NCBI GenBank assembly: GCA_026914245.1
Contig: CP110439.1
Location: 7,192,001 to 7,256,000, forward strand
DNA length: 64,000 bases
Source: Puccinia triticina
Taxonomy: Eukaryota
Direction of reading: 5' to 3'
This document shows, in pieces, positions 25,477 to 37,813 of the stretch (the first letter of the stretch is position 1; each line of letters opens with the position of its first letter). The notes under the pieces are model-generated. The model was not told where the DNA came from, did no database searches, and saw nothing but the letters and a program-made list of their open reading frames with translations. A program made the translations under genes and the position numbers.

Positions 25477-28400
25477 AACGTAACTGTAAAGGTTATGTTA
25501 CCCTCAGAGTTATCCATTTGGAGAACGTATCTGCCCACCACTGCGGCTACCCGGCAAAGATATTACAAATTTTGGGAGTACCACCTGAAAGAATTAAAGG
25601 CGGAGGCAAGCGGCTAGGGCAGAAGGGAAAAGATTGGCCTATCCAATAGCAGACAAGTAGTCTGAAAAAGGAACCAAATAACTCACTCAAAGGGGCTTAA
25701 CTGCCTTTGTAGATAAGGTACCCGCACCTGCGGAGCGGGTATCTGATTTTAGTGGAATTCTGTCCGGGTACCCACACCTGTGTGGATACCTGGGTACAAA
25801 TTGCCATCCCTAAGCAACAAGTTCATTCTTGAAAGTTTCAGTTGGGTTGTGTAAGTCTTGCCATATTCTTTCATGTGGGATGATTCACATATTGAGCCAA
25901 TCTGAATTCAACTTCTTCTCAATTTCAAACAGGTGAGGGCTCTACATTATCTTAGCCTCATACATACTTGTATCCAAGAATTTCACTTTTCAGACAAAAT
26001 GGATGGTGGAGAGGTTACTTGTTTGCAATAAAAATGGAGAAATTTATCACCAAGGAATAGTCTCAGATGTCATGTACCATTATTGTGATAATGGGTATCT
26101 TTGATCAACTTCTATGTTCTGTGACGAATTGCAGCAATGGATACCAGTTCAGCTTTTGTGGATACGGGGGTTGATGGTCAATTACCACCAGATCCATTTT
26201 ACTGCTCTAATGCAACAGTTTTTTTGACAATGCTTCAATTACTGCCCAGGAACAAGACCTCCTAGTCCAACAAGTATTTGACTTCTCAAAGGCACAGATG
26301 CAGGGGCACAAGGCTGCATACATGGAGGTCTTCTGGATTGCTGTCATGAAGGGGGTTTCAATAAATTACCGGGCCAAGTAGAATACTGAAGTTGGGATCT
26401 GCTTGGGAATGACTTGTAAGCATCAGCAATAACAGAACAATGGATGACCCCCCAAAACTACTGATACTCTGGCCTGGCCTGGCCAGACCCCAAGAAATCT
26501 AAGATGCAGAGGGCCTCAAAATTTTTCAAGAAAACAGGACAGTGTTACTGTTCCTACGTTGCCAGCCCCGATAATCCCTTGCAACGCAATCAATGCTGGA
26601 TAGCCGCAGCGTTCTTGTATGCTCTGTATACTCCTTTGTGGCAAAAAGGGATCAGTTTCAAGGGGGCCAATCTCTTCACAGCGCTACTCTTCCATTTCTC
26701 CTTGAGGGTAACTTATGAGCTGAACTTGACTTGCTCAATATGTTTAACAATTAAAAGGGGTCAGAATAAGCTGTGGGAAATGGCCAACTCAAAGCACCCA
26801 GAAAGTTTCATTTGAAGAAAGTTCTCATCTTGTGATTTCTTCATTGAAACCCTTTTGGACCCGCTGGACCATAAGAAGAAAAAAAAACTCTTTGGCTTCA
26901 TTGAAGATCAACCGTTCACCAGTGAGGCGCTACCAGGGACCAGACAGCCATCCGCAAAGACGCAGTGCAATTCACATGACATCACCATATGACCCAAGAT
27001 GTTCCTCAGCTCTAACACCTCCTAAGCCAATGTTGGACAGCTATTTAACGTTTGGAATACCAAGGGCATTCAAATAAACTGCGGTCGCGTCTGTTGTTCA
27101 TTCACGGAGGCAAATAAACCTTTGTTGAAACCAGCAACTCCCAAAAAGACCAAGGGTTGCAAGCCTAAGCTTCTCAACTCCAAAGTCAAGCTGGTCTGTT
27201 CACAGAGCACCAGCGGACACAAACTTCTTGATATTTCATAGCTGACTTTTGAAGACGAGCTCCTGCCTCTTCATCTCAACATCCACCTAGAAGTGATGCA
27301 CATAGCGGACAATCGCGCAAAACACAATTTCATGGGTACAACCAATTGGCCCTTCAAGCTCTCTATTGGAGGTCACACTTGTACTCTGATGTTGCGAGGC
27401 TATTGGGCCAAAATTCTCAAATCTTTGGGTGGTATGGTGGGTGTTTGGATCCATAACAATGCTTAAAAAAGTGGTTTTGCCCAACTTCTTAATTGTGTGC
27501 CAGGTAGTATCTCAGGTGTCTCCCCAGATACTTCCTGGCTGATTTCCTCCAGGATGTGGACGCCGGAAGAAGAGAAAAGTATGGAAGCTGTTATGGCAAA
27601 GATCCTCAAAGATGAAAAGAAGCTGGCTGGTGATATTCCTTTCATAAAAATGAAAGCAATTGTCCTACAACTCTGTATTGATATCCCACAACCCTTTGCA
27701 GCCATCTGCAACTTTGCCCGCACCACCCTTGATTGAACCATCAAAAATGCCTGTATCCCCGACTTTCCCAACACCGCCCTTGATTGAACCATTGAAAATC
27801 TGTGTCCCCGAGGTTTCAACCCTTGTAAAATGCTCCAAAACAACCCCCATACTGCCTGATGTTTCTTCAGAAACAAGTAAGCCACAGCCAGTCAAAAAAC
27901 GGGTCTTAAGCAAGTTAAATTTAAAACCACCCAAGTCGCCACAAGTACTGCCACCCCCAACGTTAATGGCCACCAATCTTGCACCACTAAATAATTCAGT
28001 TGAGGCTAAAACAAAGGGAATGAAGTCCCCTCACCCGCCTCCGCAAGACCCCCAGCCTATTTGCAGATCCATCAGGCAAAAATGAAAATATTGGGTCAGG
28101 CTTTAGGCACACCAAAAAAATGCCAGATGCACACCAAAAATGGAGTGAATTATTTCTCACTTCAGTTTTATTGGAGTGACCACCAGTTCACTCCAGAACC
28201 TAGCCTTTTTTGGAGTGCACAGGCCTGCACTCCAGGTTGGTTTGGAGTGAACAGTCTGGCACTGCAATCACTCCCCACAATGGCCGGTTCGCACAGGCCA
28301 TTGAGGGAGTACATAAGAGTACATACATACAGGACCCTCCCAATGGCTGGTATAGACTGGTCATCAAGGGGACTCACCATGGAGAGGATAAAACCCTCTC

Positions 28401-28880
28401 AATTACCGGTCCAGATCATTGAGAGGACTCAACACTCTAGCACTCTTGATGGCCAGGACCAACAGGTCATGGAAAGGGCCCAACCCTCTCAATGACTGGC
28501 ACTGTACCGGTCATTGAGATTAATAAACCCTCTTGATGGGCGGCACAGATTGGTCATTGAGAGGACTCAATCCTCTTGATGACCGGTACAGGACCGGTTT
28601 GTACCGCCATCAAGAGGGTTAAGTCCTCTCAATGACCAACATTACAGTCATCAATAGGATACAACCTTCTTGATGACGGTCTGTACCACAATCAAGAGGT
28701 TTGATTCCTCTTGATGACCGTTATGTTGGTCATCTAGAGGAATCAAACCTCTTGATGACCGTTATGTTGGTCATCAGGAGGAATCAAACCTCTCAATGAC
28801 TGTTATTTTGGGCATTGAGAGGAATCAGACCTCTTGATTACCGTTATTTTGGGTATTGAGAGGAATTAAACCTTTGGATG

Positions 28881-30195
28881 TAGAGATGGCCTCTCGCACC
28901 CGGGTACCCACCGCGGGTGCGGGTACCCGCCTGAAATTTCACAAATTCTCAACACCCGCACCCGCACCTGGCAAGGGTGGGCAGTTATCCAGATGAAAAT
29001 CTGGCTGCAACTGACTGTAAAAAGCTGTAGAGATGTGCAACAGGGTTTTTGTTGTATCTTTGTGTTGATTGATAGTCCTCCTAACATATATTCATTGGAT
29101 TTACATATTGGCTCACTGGCTGCTTTTTAATCATTAAATCTAGGTCAAAAATTCAGTTATCCGTAACTATTTGGTTGGATAACTAATTTCAGGTTTCTTT
29201 TCAGGGATAATATTTTACAGAGGTAAAGCCTATGCCTCCAAAGTTGAAAAAATGATTTATTATAACCAAGTAAAGCTTTGTTTTATTCAAATTGCCAATA
29301 AACAAAGATATAGGCCACCAAAATCTAACTTACAGATGAAATTAATGGATAACTTGATAACGTAACTGCCCACCCTTGCACCTGGCACCCGCCGGCGTGT
29401 GCTTGGCGGGTATACCGGGTACCTGCTGGCGGGTGCCGGGTGCAGGGGCAGGTACCCGCTCTGATATACTCACTGCCGGTGAGAAATCCCTCCCGGTCAG
29501 CAATGCATACACAAGCTGACCGGGGGGGATTCCCACAGTCAGCAAGCTCATTGATGACCAGGAGGGAGTCCTCCCAGCCATTGATTATATTGATGACCGG
29601 GAGGGAGTCCTCCCAGCCATCTAGTAGATTGATGACCTGGAGGGAGTCCTCCCAGCCATCTAGTAGATTGATGACCGGGAGAGAGTCCTCCCAGCCATCT
29701 AGTAGATTGATGACCGGGAGGGAGTCCTCCCAGCCATCTAGTAGATCGATGACCGGGAGGGAGTCCTCCCAGCCATCTAGTAGATTGATTACCAGGAAGG
29801 AATCCTCCCAGTCATCAATATACTCGCTGACCCGGGGATTCCTCCCGGAGTCCCGGGGGTGTAGTACCTCCTTGACCGGAGGGATCCCTCAGGTGGAAGA
29901 GGTGCACAAGCTTTTCAACCGGAGGGACTCCTCCGGTTGAGGAGTCCCTCCGGTCAAGGAGGTGCACACACCTCTGGGCGCAGGGATTGCTCCGCTTGAG
30001 GTGGTATGTACACCTCCCACCTCTTCAAATGGAGAGATCCCTCCGATCCATCTGGCCCACCAAGATGGGCGGGTACCCAGATGGGTACCCGTTTTTTTCC
30101 TGCCCAAAAACTGAAGACCCGCACCCGCCGGCGGGTGCTGAGCGGGTTTTTTGTGTACCTGCTGGTGGGTGCCGGGTACCCAAGTGCCATCTCTA
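28881..30195. mobile_element. hAT non-autonomous element (TAGAGATGGC family)
   Basis: TIR tagagatggc / gccatctcta, perfect 8-bp TSD tttggatg, internal 39-bp tandem array at ~29550-29810. Confidence 0.9.
28972..29378. mobile_element. CAAGGG-ended TIR element with 7-bp TSD
   Basis: TIR caagggtgggcagtta / taactgcccacccttg, TSD cacctgg. Confidence 0.85.
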
Positions 30196-31023
30196 TTTGG
30201 ATGGCTGGCACAGATTGGTAATTGAGAGCACTCAGCCCTCTCAATGGCCAGTAGGACCTTTCTGTACCACCATCCAGAGGGTCAAGTCCTCTCGATGATT
30301 GTCAGAACGGTCATGGAGAGGATACATCATGCAACCCTCTTTTTGACTGGTACAGACCGTTCATCAAGAGGGTTGAGTCCTCTCAATGACCAATCTGTGC
30401 TGGCCATTGAGAGGGCTTATTCCTCTCAATGACTGGGACAAGTGCTGGTCATTGAGAGGGTTGAGCCCTTTACATGACCCGTTGGTCCCGGTCATCAAGA
30501 GTGCTGAGTCCTCTCAATGATCTGGGCCAGTCGTCAAGAGGGTTTTATCCTCTTGGTGGGGGATTCCCCTTGATGACCGGTCTATACCGGCCATCAGGAG
30601 GGTCCTGTATGTATTTATGTACTCCCTCAATGGCTGGTGCAGACCAGTCATTGAGGAAAGTGATTGGAGTGCTGGGCTGTTCACTCCAGACCAACCTGGA
30701 ATCCAGGCCTGTGCACTCCAAAAAAGGCTAGTTTTTGGAGTGAACTGGTGGTCACTCCAATAAAAATGCAGTGAGAACTAATTCACTCCTTTTTTGGTGA
30801 GCATCTGGCATTTCTTTGGTGTGCCTAAAGCCTTACCCTATTTGAAAACACACCAAATATGTAAAAAAATCATATGCAAAATTTTGAACACCATAAATGT
30901 TGGACCAAGCTTTTTGGCAAGTTCTGCAGTCGGGGCCAAGAAAAGTGCAGAACTCATCGCAAAGTCTGCCAGTCAACTACATACTAGTTAATTTCGCATT
31001 GAATTTATTGGAGCTAACTTATA

Positions 31024-31228
31024 CTGGAGGACTTCCTGTCAAGTCTGGGAGCCTGCCAGATCTCAATTTACACACCCAAATCCATAATTTTTGACAAAAA
31101 GGGAAATGTTTTCCTAGCCCTACAGTTCATTACTTTCATGTGCACTGGTTGAGTTTTTGATAGGTGTCTTAATTTAGGATTTAGAGAGGCATCTAGAGCT
31201 CTCTAAATGATGACGGGAAGTCATCCAC
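31024..31228. mobile_element. Small MITE with TA TSD at the stop codon of paralog B
   Basis: Ends ctggaggacttcc / ggaagtcatccac flanked by TA. A related copy lies at ~18107-18309, and the MITE is absent from paralog A. Confidence 0.75.
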
Positions 31229-31949
31229 TAGAGGCGATGAAAGATATGATTAAGTAGAAGAATTAACCCCATTGTAAAAATAACGAGGCCCGGGATGACA
31301 CAAATACCAAATATCAAAGAGATTGTTGCTATTGGTTTCCTGTGAGCAATTTGAGGAGTACTTGACGTCATAGTGCGATGTTCGGTACCGTACCCGAGAG
31401 TGCGATGCTCGGCACCGCGCTTGATAGTGGGATGATCGGTACTGAACCTGATAGTGCGATGTTCGGCGGGTCTTCCCGGATGATCTTGGAGAGCCTTGAA
31501 ACCGTGATTGATTTGATAATTGGCCTTCTCAAGGTCGTCATCTTCCTGTTCTTTCATCTCATACGGCTACACGTGCAAGCAGATTGTTTCGAGCGGAGAA
31601 CGTTCAGACTACGTATGGTTTGAAATGGCTCGAAATGGCTCTTGAATCCGTTGGCAGGACTCACCAGAGTATTAAATGGCGGGGGGAACGGATTCTCTTC
31701 TGCGTATGATCCTGCGTTGATCAGAACTGGACATCCAGGCAGAAGGGAAGACTCTGCTACTGGCAAACTGATCCCTTCTGCCGGTACGGCTACTGGCAAA
31801 CTGATCCCTTCTGCCGGTACGGAGCTCATAGCAGCATATTGTCCGATAAGCTATTGGAGAAGGCGTGTCTGTTAGTTCTTAGCTGAAAAGCTGCGAAGCA
31901 CAAGTGAGATTTAGAAACTGACTAGGAAAATGAGGAGAATGTAGACCAT
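31228..31949 (-). CDS. Signal-peptide + C-terminal TM protein, paralog B (~183 aa); exons 31949-31923, 31850-31665, 31566-31228
   Basis: Same 72- and 98-nt introns as paralog A. It adds a 33-nt duplication (VPAEGISLPVA x2) and extra EHRT-type repeats. TM segment: ISLIFGICVIPGLVIFTMGLILLL. Confidence 0.75.
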
Positions 31950-32622
31950 GATGAGGAGCGACCGTAAAGACCAGGTGGATGAATGGGACTTGCTGTGGCG
32001 AGAGGCTTGTGGGCCCGGCGGCGCTTTTGTTTATTCTCGGGTGTTGTGAAATGAGACACTTCTTGAGACCATCCAGCCCCTCTTACCATTCTGCTCTCTT
32101 CCATGACCGTCTTCCCAATGCTACTTGACCCACTGCCACCCCCTGAATACTCGGTAGACATTGGGGGCCTCTATATCAGTACATCTCTTGTTGAGCGCCA
32201 TGTATCCAAATCTTCTGCAACTCGTCTCGAGTTTTCGTGAACACAAGCTGGACGTTTGACAAATGTCTTGTAAAACTAAAAGAGTCAGTTGGTCCATTTT
32301 CACCGCGTTTCGAGGCCGGAGACGTGTTTAACTGCTCAGTTTGTGGATCGTTATGGGCGCCCATTCTAAGAGACTACGGTTTGAGAAAAATATTGCTGCT
32401 TCAAAGGTTACAGGCCCCGCTAGACTTGGAAACACTCCAGTGTATGTAGCAGTATTCAGTGGGACAATTGTGTAGACCCGGGCAATGAAAAGGGCTCGGT
32501 CGCCCATCAGCGTTAGTCACATCTCATAATTTACTGAATCTCTCTAACCTGAACGGAGAGCAAGAAAGAAATTAGATCCCAGCTCTTTTTTCACCAAAGT
32601 AGACTCAATCATTCTACCAAAC

Positions 32623-34364
32623 ATGATTTTCAAAGGTTTTTTGGCCTCTCTACTGCTATTTTCTCAGCTTTATCCGGTTTTCTCCATGCAGGGTTTGGGC
32701 AAAGGCCTAGCAAGACTCCAAGACGTGAAAGAAGGGTCCAGTCAGGGAACAGGGGCATCCAAAAAAGCAAAAGGTGCGTCTCTGTTTGGAATTTTCCGCA
32801 TCTTACAAAGCAACTCAAAGCGGAAGATGATCTCTTTCAACCCCACCCACAATTCTTTCATGAATCATTGCTTTCGCCCGTAGGCTTTTCAATCCCCGGC
32901 ATATTCAAGTCGAAGGCTGGGACATCGAAGCCCTCAAAGGGAGCAGAGGATGAGCGAAATGCAATATCAGTTGACGCAGCAGAGAATGAATCTCATATAA
33001 AAGCGATGGAAGATCGGCTGTGTAAGTGAGATGTTCCTGCTCACCCTTGCTCATTCAACTATTTTCATTCACTGGAAATGTTCTAAGCCCCCGGCTGAGC
33101 TAAATCGCACGTGACTTGACCTTCTTGCCATTGTTAAGTTTCCCATGAGGAAACGACGGCTTTATCTAATTTTCTAGAGGGAAGATGTAAGTTTTTGCCA
33201 ATAAACCTTCACCCTATCTTGACATCATAATTCATATTCATGTTTGTTCATGTTGACCTCTGATTTGCCAAAATCTGCAAAATATATAGTCTTCCCGCTC
33301 GAAGGACACCTTGCGGAACCTTTCCATGAAAAATACGTGACTAGACAACCCAAACTCAAGAATCTGGAGAAGCAACACGGATTGGAAGTCAAACTAAACA
33401 TCAGGACGCCAAAGCCATTGAGCAAAGAGCTGGTATCAGCACTCAACGACGCTCTAGAAGAACTGCCAACACACCAGCAATCTCCTCAAACCTCAGTACA
33501 GATGGCATATTACGGACGGGTGTTTTTCCAGATCGCTCCAGACCAACATCTGTTTAGTGATCTCATCCGATCGCACATCATAAAAGCAATGAAATCGAAA
33601 ATACAAGGAGCGGGGGATCAGTATAAAAAACTCTACAGTGCGTTGATCGCAACGGAAGAGTGGTCAAAATCGATCGAGCATCCGTCAAAACAGGAAAGAA
33701 TGGCGAAACAGATCTGTAAGTGTGATGTTCCTATTGACCAAACTCCTTCATTAATTCCCTGTCAGTGGTCTTGACCCTTCGACAGAGTCCAATCACTCAT
33801 GAATTATCATTTTTTCCATTGTGTGTTTAGATGATTCTGATAAAATATTGAGCTTTTTCCAGGACGGTAAGTTTTTTCCCAACTAATCATATGCCAGTCA
33901 CTTTTCATCTCGAAAACGAAATATTGATACTCATAATTGTCTTTGTCTACCTCGATTTTGCCAAAATCCACGAAACAGTGGACTTAACTGGTGATAGCAC
34001 TGTGTTCCTATACCGTGATAGATACTTCTATGGAGAAAAACCACTTGTGGATCTTGCGGACATCCGCTTGAAACACAAAAAGAAAGGGCAAATGAGCGAG
34101 AAGATGAGCCAACAACTCGACAACGCCCTGGAAATATTCCTCGAAATAAAAAATACTGATAAGGAAAGCGCATTGAAGATTGCATACTACGTACGAAAGT
34201 TTTTTGACATCAGTAAGAATCACCAGAATTCTGGGCTTGATCAACATATCAAGGAGCGTATCCAATCAAAATATGTGCGGGGATCCCCACGGAACAACCC
34301 CAAAAACTTGATGCTCGACGCGCTGAACCGTGCGTGGTCAGGAGAAAGATACACACCAAATTAA
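32623..34364 (+). CDS. Secreted effector-like protein (~394 aa) with two tandem helical modules; exons 32623-32773, 32884-33021, 33139-33186, 33290-33715, 33831-33866, 33979-34364
   Basis: Signal-peptide-like start MIFKGFLASLLLFSQLYPVFS. Five phase-1 GT..AG introns give a continuous 1185-nt ORF. No recognisable domain. Confidence 0.8.
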
Positions 34365-35685
34365 GCCACCAGTTATAAACAAGTTGTGATCAGAAACTGC
34401 TGAAACTCCTTGGAGTTTGGTTTTCGGAAAAAGAAATGACACCTATGCTTTTAAATCAACTCAAAGAGCTGAATAGTGTCCGTGAAAGGCTGGCTCTCGA
34501 GACTGCCTAGGTGGCCACGCGCCACTGAGCGTGTCCTGAATCGACACTAACTTACGCGACTGCCTTGTCCGCGATAAATCACCCGCGCAGCCGCGCCGCG
34601 TTACGCAGCGGGGTGCGGGCGTCCTCTCCTTTGGAGCTGGTGAAGGTGATTGGAGTCGCAGAGCAGGAGTTCTGCGCATTCGGACGCGACGGTTGGAGGC
34701 ACACGGTTGGTCGGAGCCGCGCTCGGTCATCGTTATGACTCATCTACTCGATGGATGAGAGTTGTACAGTTGATCCGATTCCGTACACATTCCCGGGGTT
34801 CTTCTGTTTGCCTTCCAAATCGGCCGAAAATGCTGGGCGATCCATGCATAGAATGTGCACGCGTCCTCCACTCTTGTGGCCATTTGTCCGATGACGACAG
34901 GCCACGATAGGCCATGATGCGCACAGCATACATGTTAACAATCCCCAAACTCAGACAACTCTTTTCTTTGGCAAACACAAGACAGCCTTACGTAACACCG
35001 TCGGCTGTTTGTTCAACCGTCGGTTGTTTGTTCGGCTGAAGTTAATGCTGATGATCACCTTTCGGGGTCGACCGGTATACACCAACACGCATCATCCGAT
35101 TTCTTTTGACTTCTGCACTTCACGTGACGGTTAAATGTTCAGACAGCCAGGTTTGTTTGAGAAATATGTAACTTCAACGAGCTTCGGGTCGGAGTCCAGC
35201 GGAGTCCGGACCAGTGGTTTTGTCCGATTGACAGCGCTTGTGTGGTGATCTTTATCAGCTTGGTGGTCTTCTTTGCTGCTTGCGACTTGGAACGGTGCTC
35301 TTGTAATCTATCGGGCTTTGTACGCGTAAGCGTTGAGACTGAGAGGCTGTCAGAGGCGACTTCGCAGATCACCTGCATCGCGATGTGCAGTTGTTTTCTT
35401 TCCTGTGTTTTCCTGCATCCCACGCATGCAGGCAGGTAGTTATGCATGTCTGATTGACCTCGAAAGAACACACAAAGTGAGCACACTTGAACCCCAAAAG
35501 AGTCAAAAATGGAAATGACTTTCAGGACACCGCGACAGCAGCCTACAAACTGCCCTGCTTCCTTGAGTCTCGATTGTACTTAGGCCCCTCGTGAATCCGT
35601 GCCGCGTGACCCTTCGCCTTCTAGGCATAAAAAGTCTAACGAACTCTTTGGAGGATGCTTCACCTCCCACGTCTCGTATCATGAT

Positions 35686-35686
<1 letters not shown>

Positions 35687-35740
<54 letters not shown>
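35687..35740 (+). repeat. (GAT)18 microsatellite
   Basis: Read directly from the sequence. Confidence 0.95.
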
Positions 35741-35743
<3 letters not shown>

Positions 35744-37771
35744 CGGCTAAGAAGGTCTGCGTTTTAGTCTACTGTTCATCTGAGTACATAGACACCAGGA
35801 CACTAAAGTCCAAGTGGGTTCCTCCACGCTTCGCTAAAGAAGCTCGGCACACGAGGCTCTCAGGAGGTATTCTAACCAACAGGGGTTTGGCCCAGTGAGA
35901 CTTTAATACCGCCGGCCGGAATCGTCGATGGGTGCGGCAATCGGGCCCAAGTTCTCTTTGGCAGATCGCCCCAATGGCAAGCGGACCTTGCAAAGCTCTC
36001 CAGAGCTAGCTGCACATAATTTCGCGCTGTTGAGCCTCAAAGCATCGAAAACATGCTGATTTTGTTACAGGGTGAGCCTCTGCGCACTACCCACATTTAC
36101 CAGGTGCACTCCAACAAAGGAGTGCATTTGTGCGCCCTAACTTTGGGAGCGAATACCAGTTCACCCTTTTTTATATGCAAACAGTGGACCATCATCCGTC
36201 GCAGGGCTCACCACTCCACTGCTCGGTGCTCTCGTGCCAACTTCACTAGAATGTAATTTGCGCGCCTCGACTGTATTCTGTTGCACTCGTCTCTCTATCA
36301 ATTTTCGATCGCACTTTCTTGTGAACCTTCGGAAGTCTCCGCTCGCAGGTTGGGTTCAGACAAGCAAATGAAAGCTTGCTGAGTTCTAAATACTCTGATA
36401 CGGTTGATCAAGCTTTTGATAAGATCGGTGCTATGTGTTTATGGCTGATTGGGATCATAAACAATCCACAGAATAGAGGGTAGGCCCCGTCAGATTTCCA
36501 GCTGTCCTGGCCAAAATACATACAAGATAACCGGTGTGCATCTTGACCTCGAAGTGATGAAGTTATTGGGTACAAGATGGGGAGCGTTCAATTCCGGGTG
36601 CCGTTGACCTCCGTTGGCCCGTTGGGGCATCCATCTGACTTTCGACCAGCCAAGGCTCCAAGCTCAATCTCGATCGTCAACCCGCTGATCACAGCGTTGC
36701 TGGCTGGGATTATCAAATCCAGATTGCAGATGCTATAAATCTTGATGAACTCCAAAATATCTGAACTACAAGGTATGTGATACCGGCGGCAGCGGGCAAC
36801 TCCGGCGCACCCCAACTTGAAGGCTCTCTCTCTCTCTCTTGGCACCCTTCAGAGCACGAGACTGGATCCCTGGAACATCAGCCACTGTGCCATGATCGTT
36901 TCGGGCTCTTCGGAGAGGGGACCGTTATCTCAGATAGGAATGCGTATGTCCGGTGTTTAACAAGTTGTCCAGCACTACATAATAAAAGATCATCCCCGGC
37001 TTCCGGCTCCGCTTCCGCTCCAACTTCCAGTTCTTTCCCGGTTTGGAAGGCAACATGTAACAGTTACATACAAGTACAACATGGCATACCCGCAAGAAAG
37101 GAAATGTCTGGAAGAATCCTTGGAGATCAAAACATCCTCTCTAACCCCATTGTCAGGCCTTTCAAAACTTCATCCGCCTTAATTAGGTTACACTCATCAT
37201 CTGGTTTTCCTATCCAACAAACGATCATCATCCTCCCCAACTCAATTCAAGGACGGTTAATCAAATTGGGCTAAAAGAAGCCACTCCAGTTGTTTTGAAC
37301 TACAGCCTTACCGTGATACCCGAATGTACCCCCACCTCCTCCACTTTTGCCTTGCAAGATTTGTATGCATCTAATAAAAGCTATTGTACACATTCTTCCT
37401 TCTTCCGTAGTCCATCGATCGTCGCATTGGCTGTTCTACGTTTTACATTGTACATACAACAACTGTCGAAGGAAACTCGTCTTCCTCCGTCTGTCACACA
37501 GTGTCAGTGCTTCATCCCTCGTTCCTCCTGCCCGCTTCCGCCGCCGCTTGTCTGAGTTTCCTTTCTGGCCCAGTTCCTGGACTTTTGTCGGGGTTTTAAG
37601 ATGGAGACACCAAGGGAAAATAAATCCATAGACAAACCCAACCACACGTTGACGTATACATAGCCAAGTCTTCAAAAAAAAAAACAATCAAGTTTACCAG
37701 CGTGCCATGGCTATCACCCAACTATCCCAACCACCATCACCCACCCCGGGTTTCCAGGTCCGATTGGAGCC

Positions 37772-37813
<42 letters not shown>
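37772..37813 (+). repeat. (GAT)14 microsatellite
   Basis: Read directly from the sequence. Confidence 0.95.

Larger units (their letters stand above)
22967..25543. mobile_element. GTTAC-rich TIR element related to 9582-10209 (opposite orientation), hosting two nested MITEs
   Basis: Ends cagccgtgggcagatacgtt / aacgtatctgcccaccactg, ~7-bp TSD gggctac / cggctac, internal tRNA-like cassette. Confidence 0.75.
22600..28080 (+). pseudogene. Decayed MULE-like transposase gene split by the 22967-25543 insertion
   Basis: PLYPKSQTT|..PGKDITNFGS joins across the insertion. SFQTKWMVERLL..SDVMYHYCDNGYL*STSMFCDELQQWIPVQLLWIRGL and VFDFSKAQ recall MULE-domain proteins of rust fungi. There are many stops, and the assignment is from memory. 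Confidence 0.5.
28093..30838. mobile_element. MULE-type fold-back element with nested insertions; no matching TSD
   Basis: TIR gggtcaggctttaggcacaccaaa / tttggtgtgcctaaagccttaccc with >250 bp of inverted similarity. The flanks differ. Confidence 0.75.

Noticed and set aside
29550..29810. Regular 39-bp repeats resembling a CRISPR array (also 21090-21230 and 47940-48090)
   Set aside because: No unique spacers, they lie inside TIR/TSD-bounded MITEs, and the context is eukaryotic with no cas genes.
31922..32364. ORFs MSTEYSGGG.. and MGAHNDPQ.. upstream of paralog B
   Set aside because: The equivalent region at paralog A has a stop and a LINE insertion. The spliced signal-peptide model explains the locus better.
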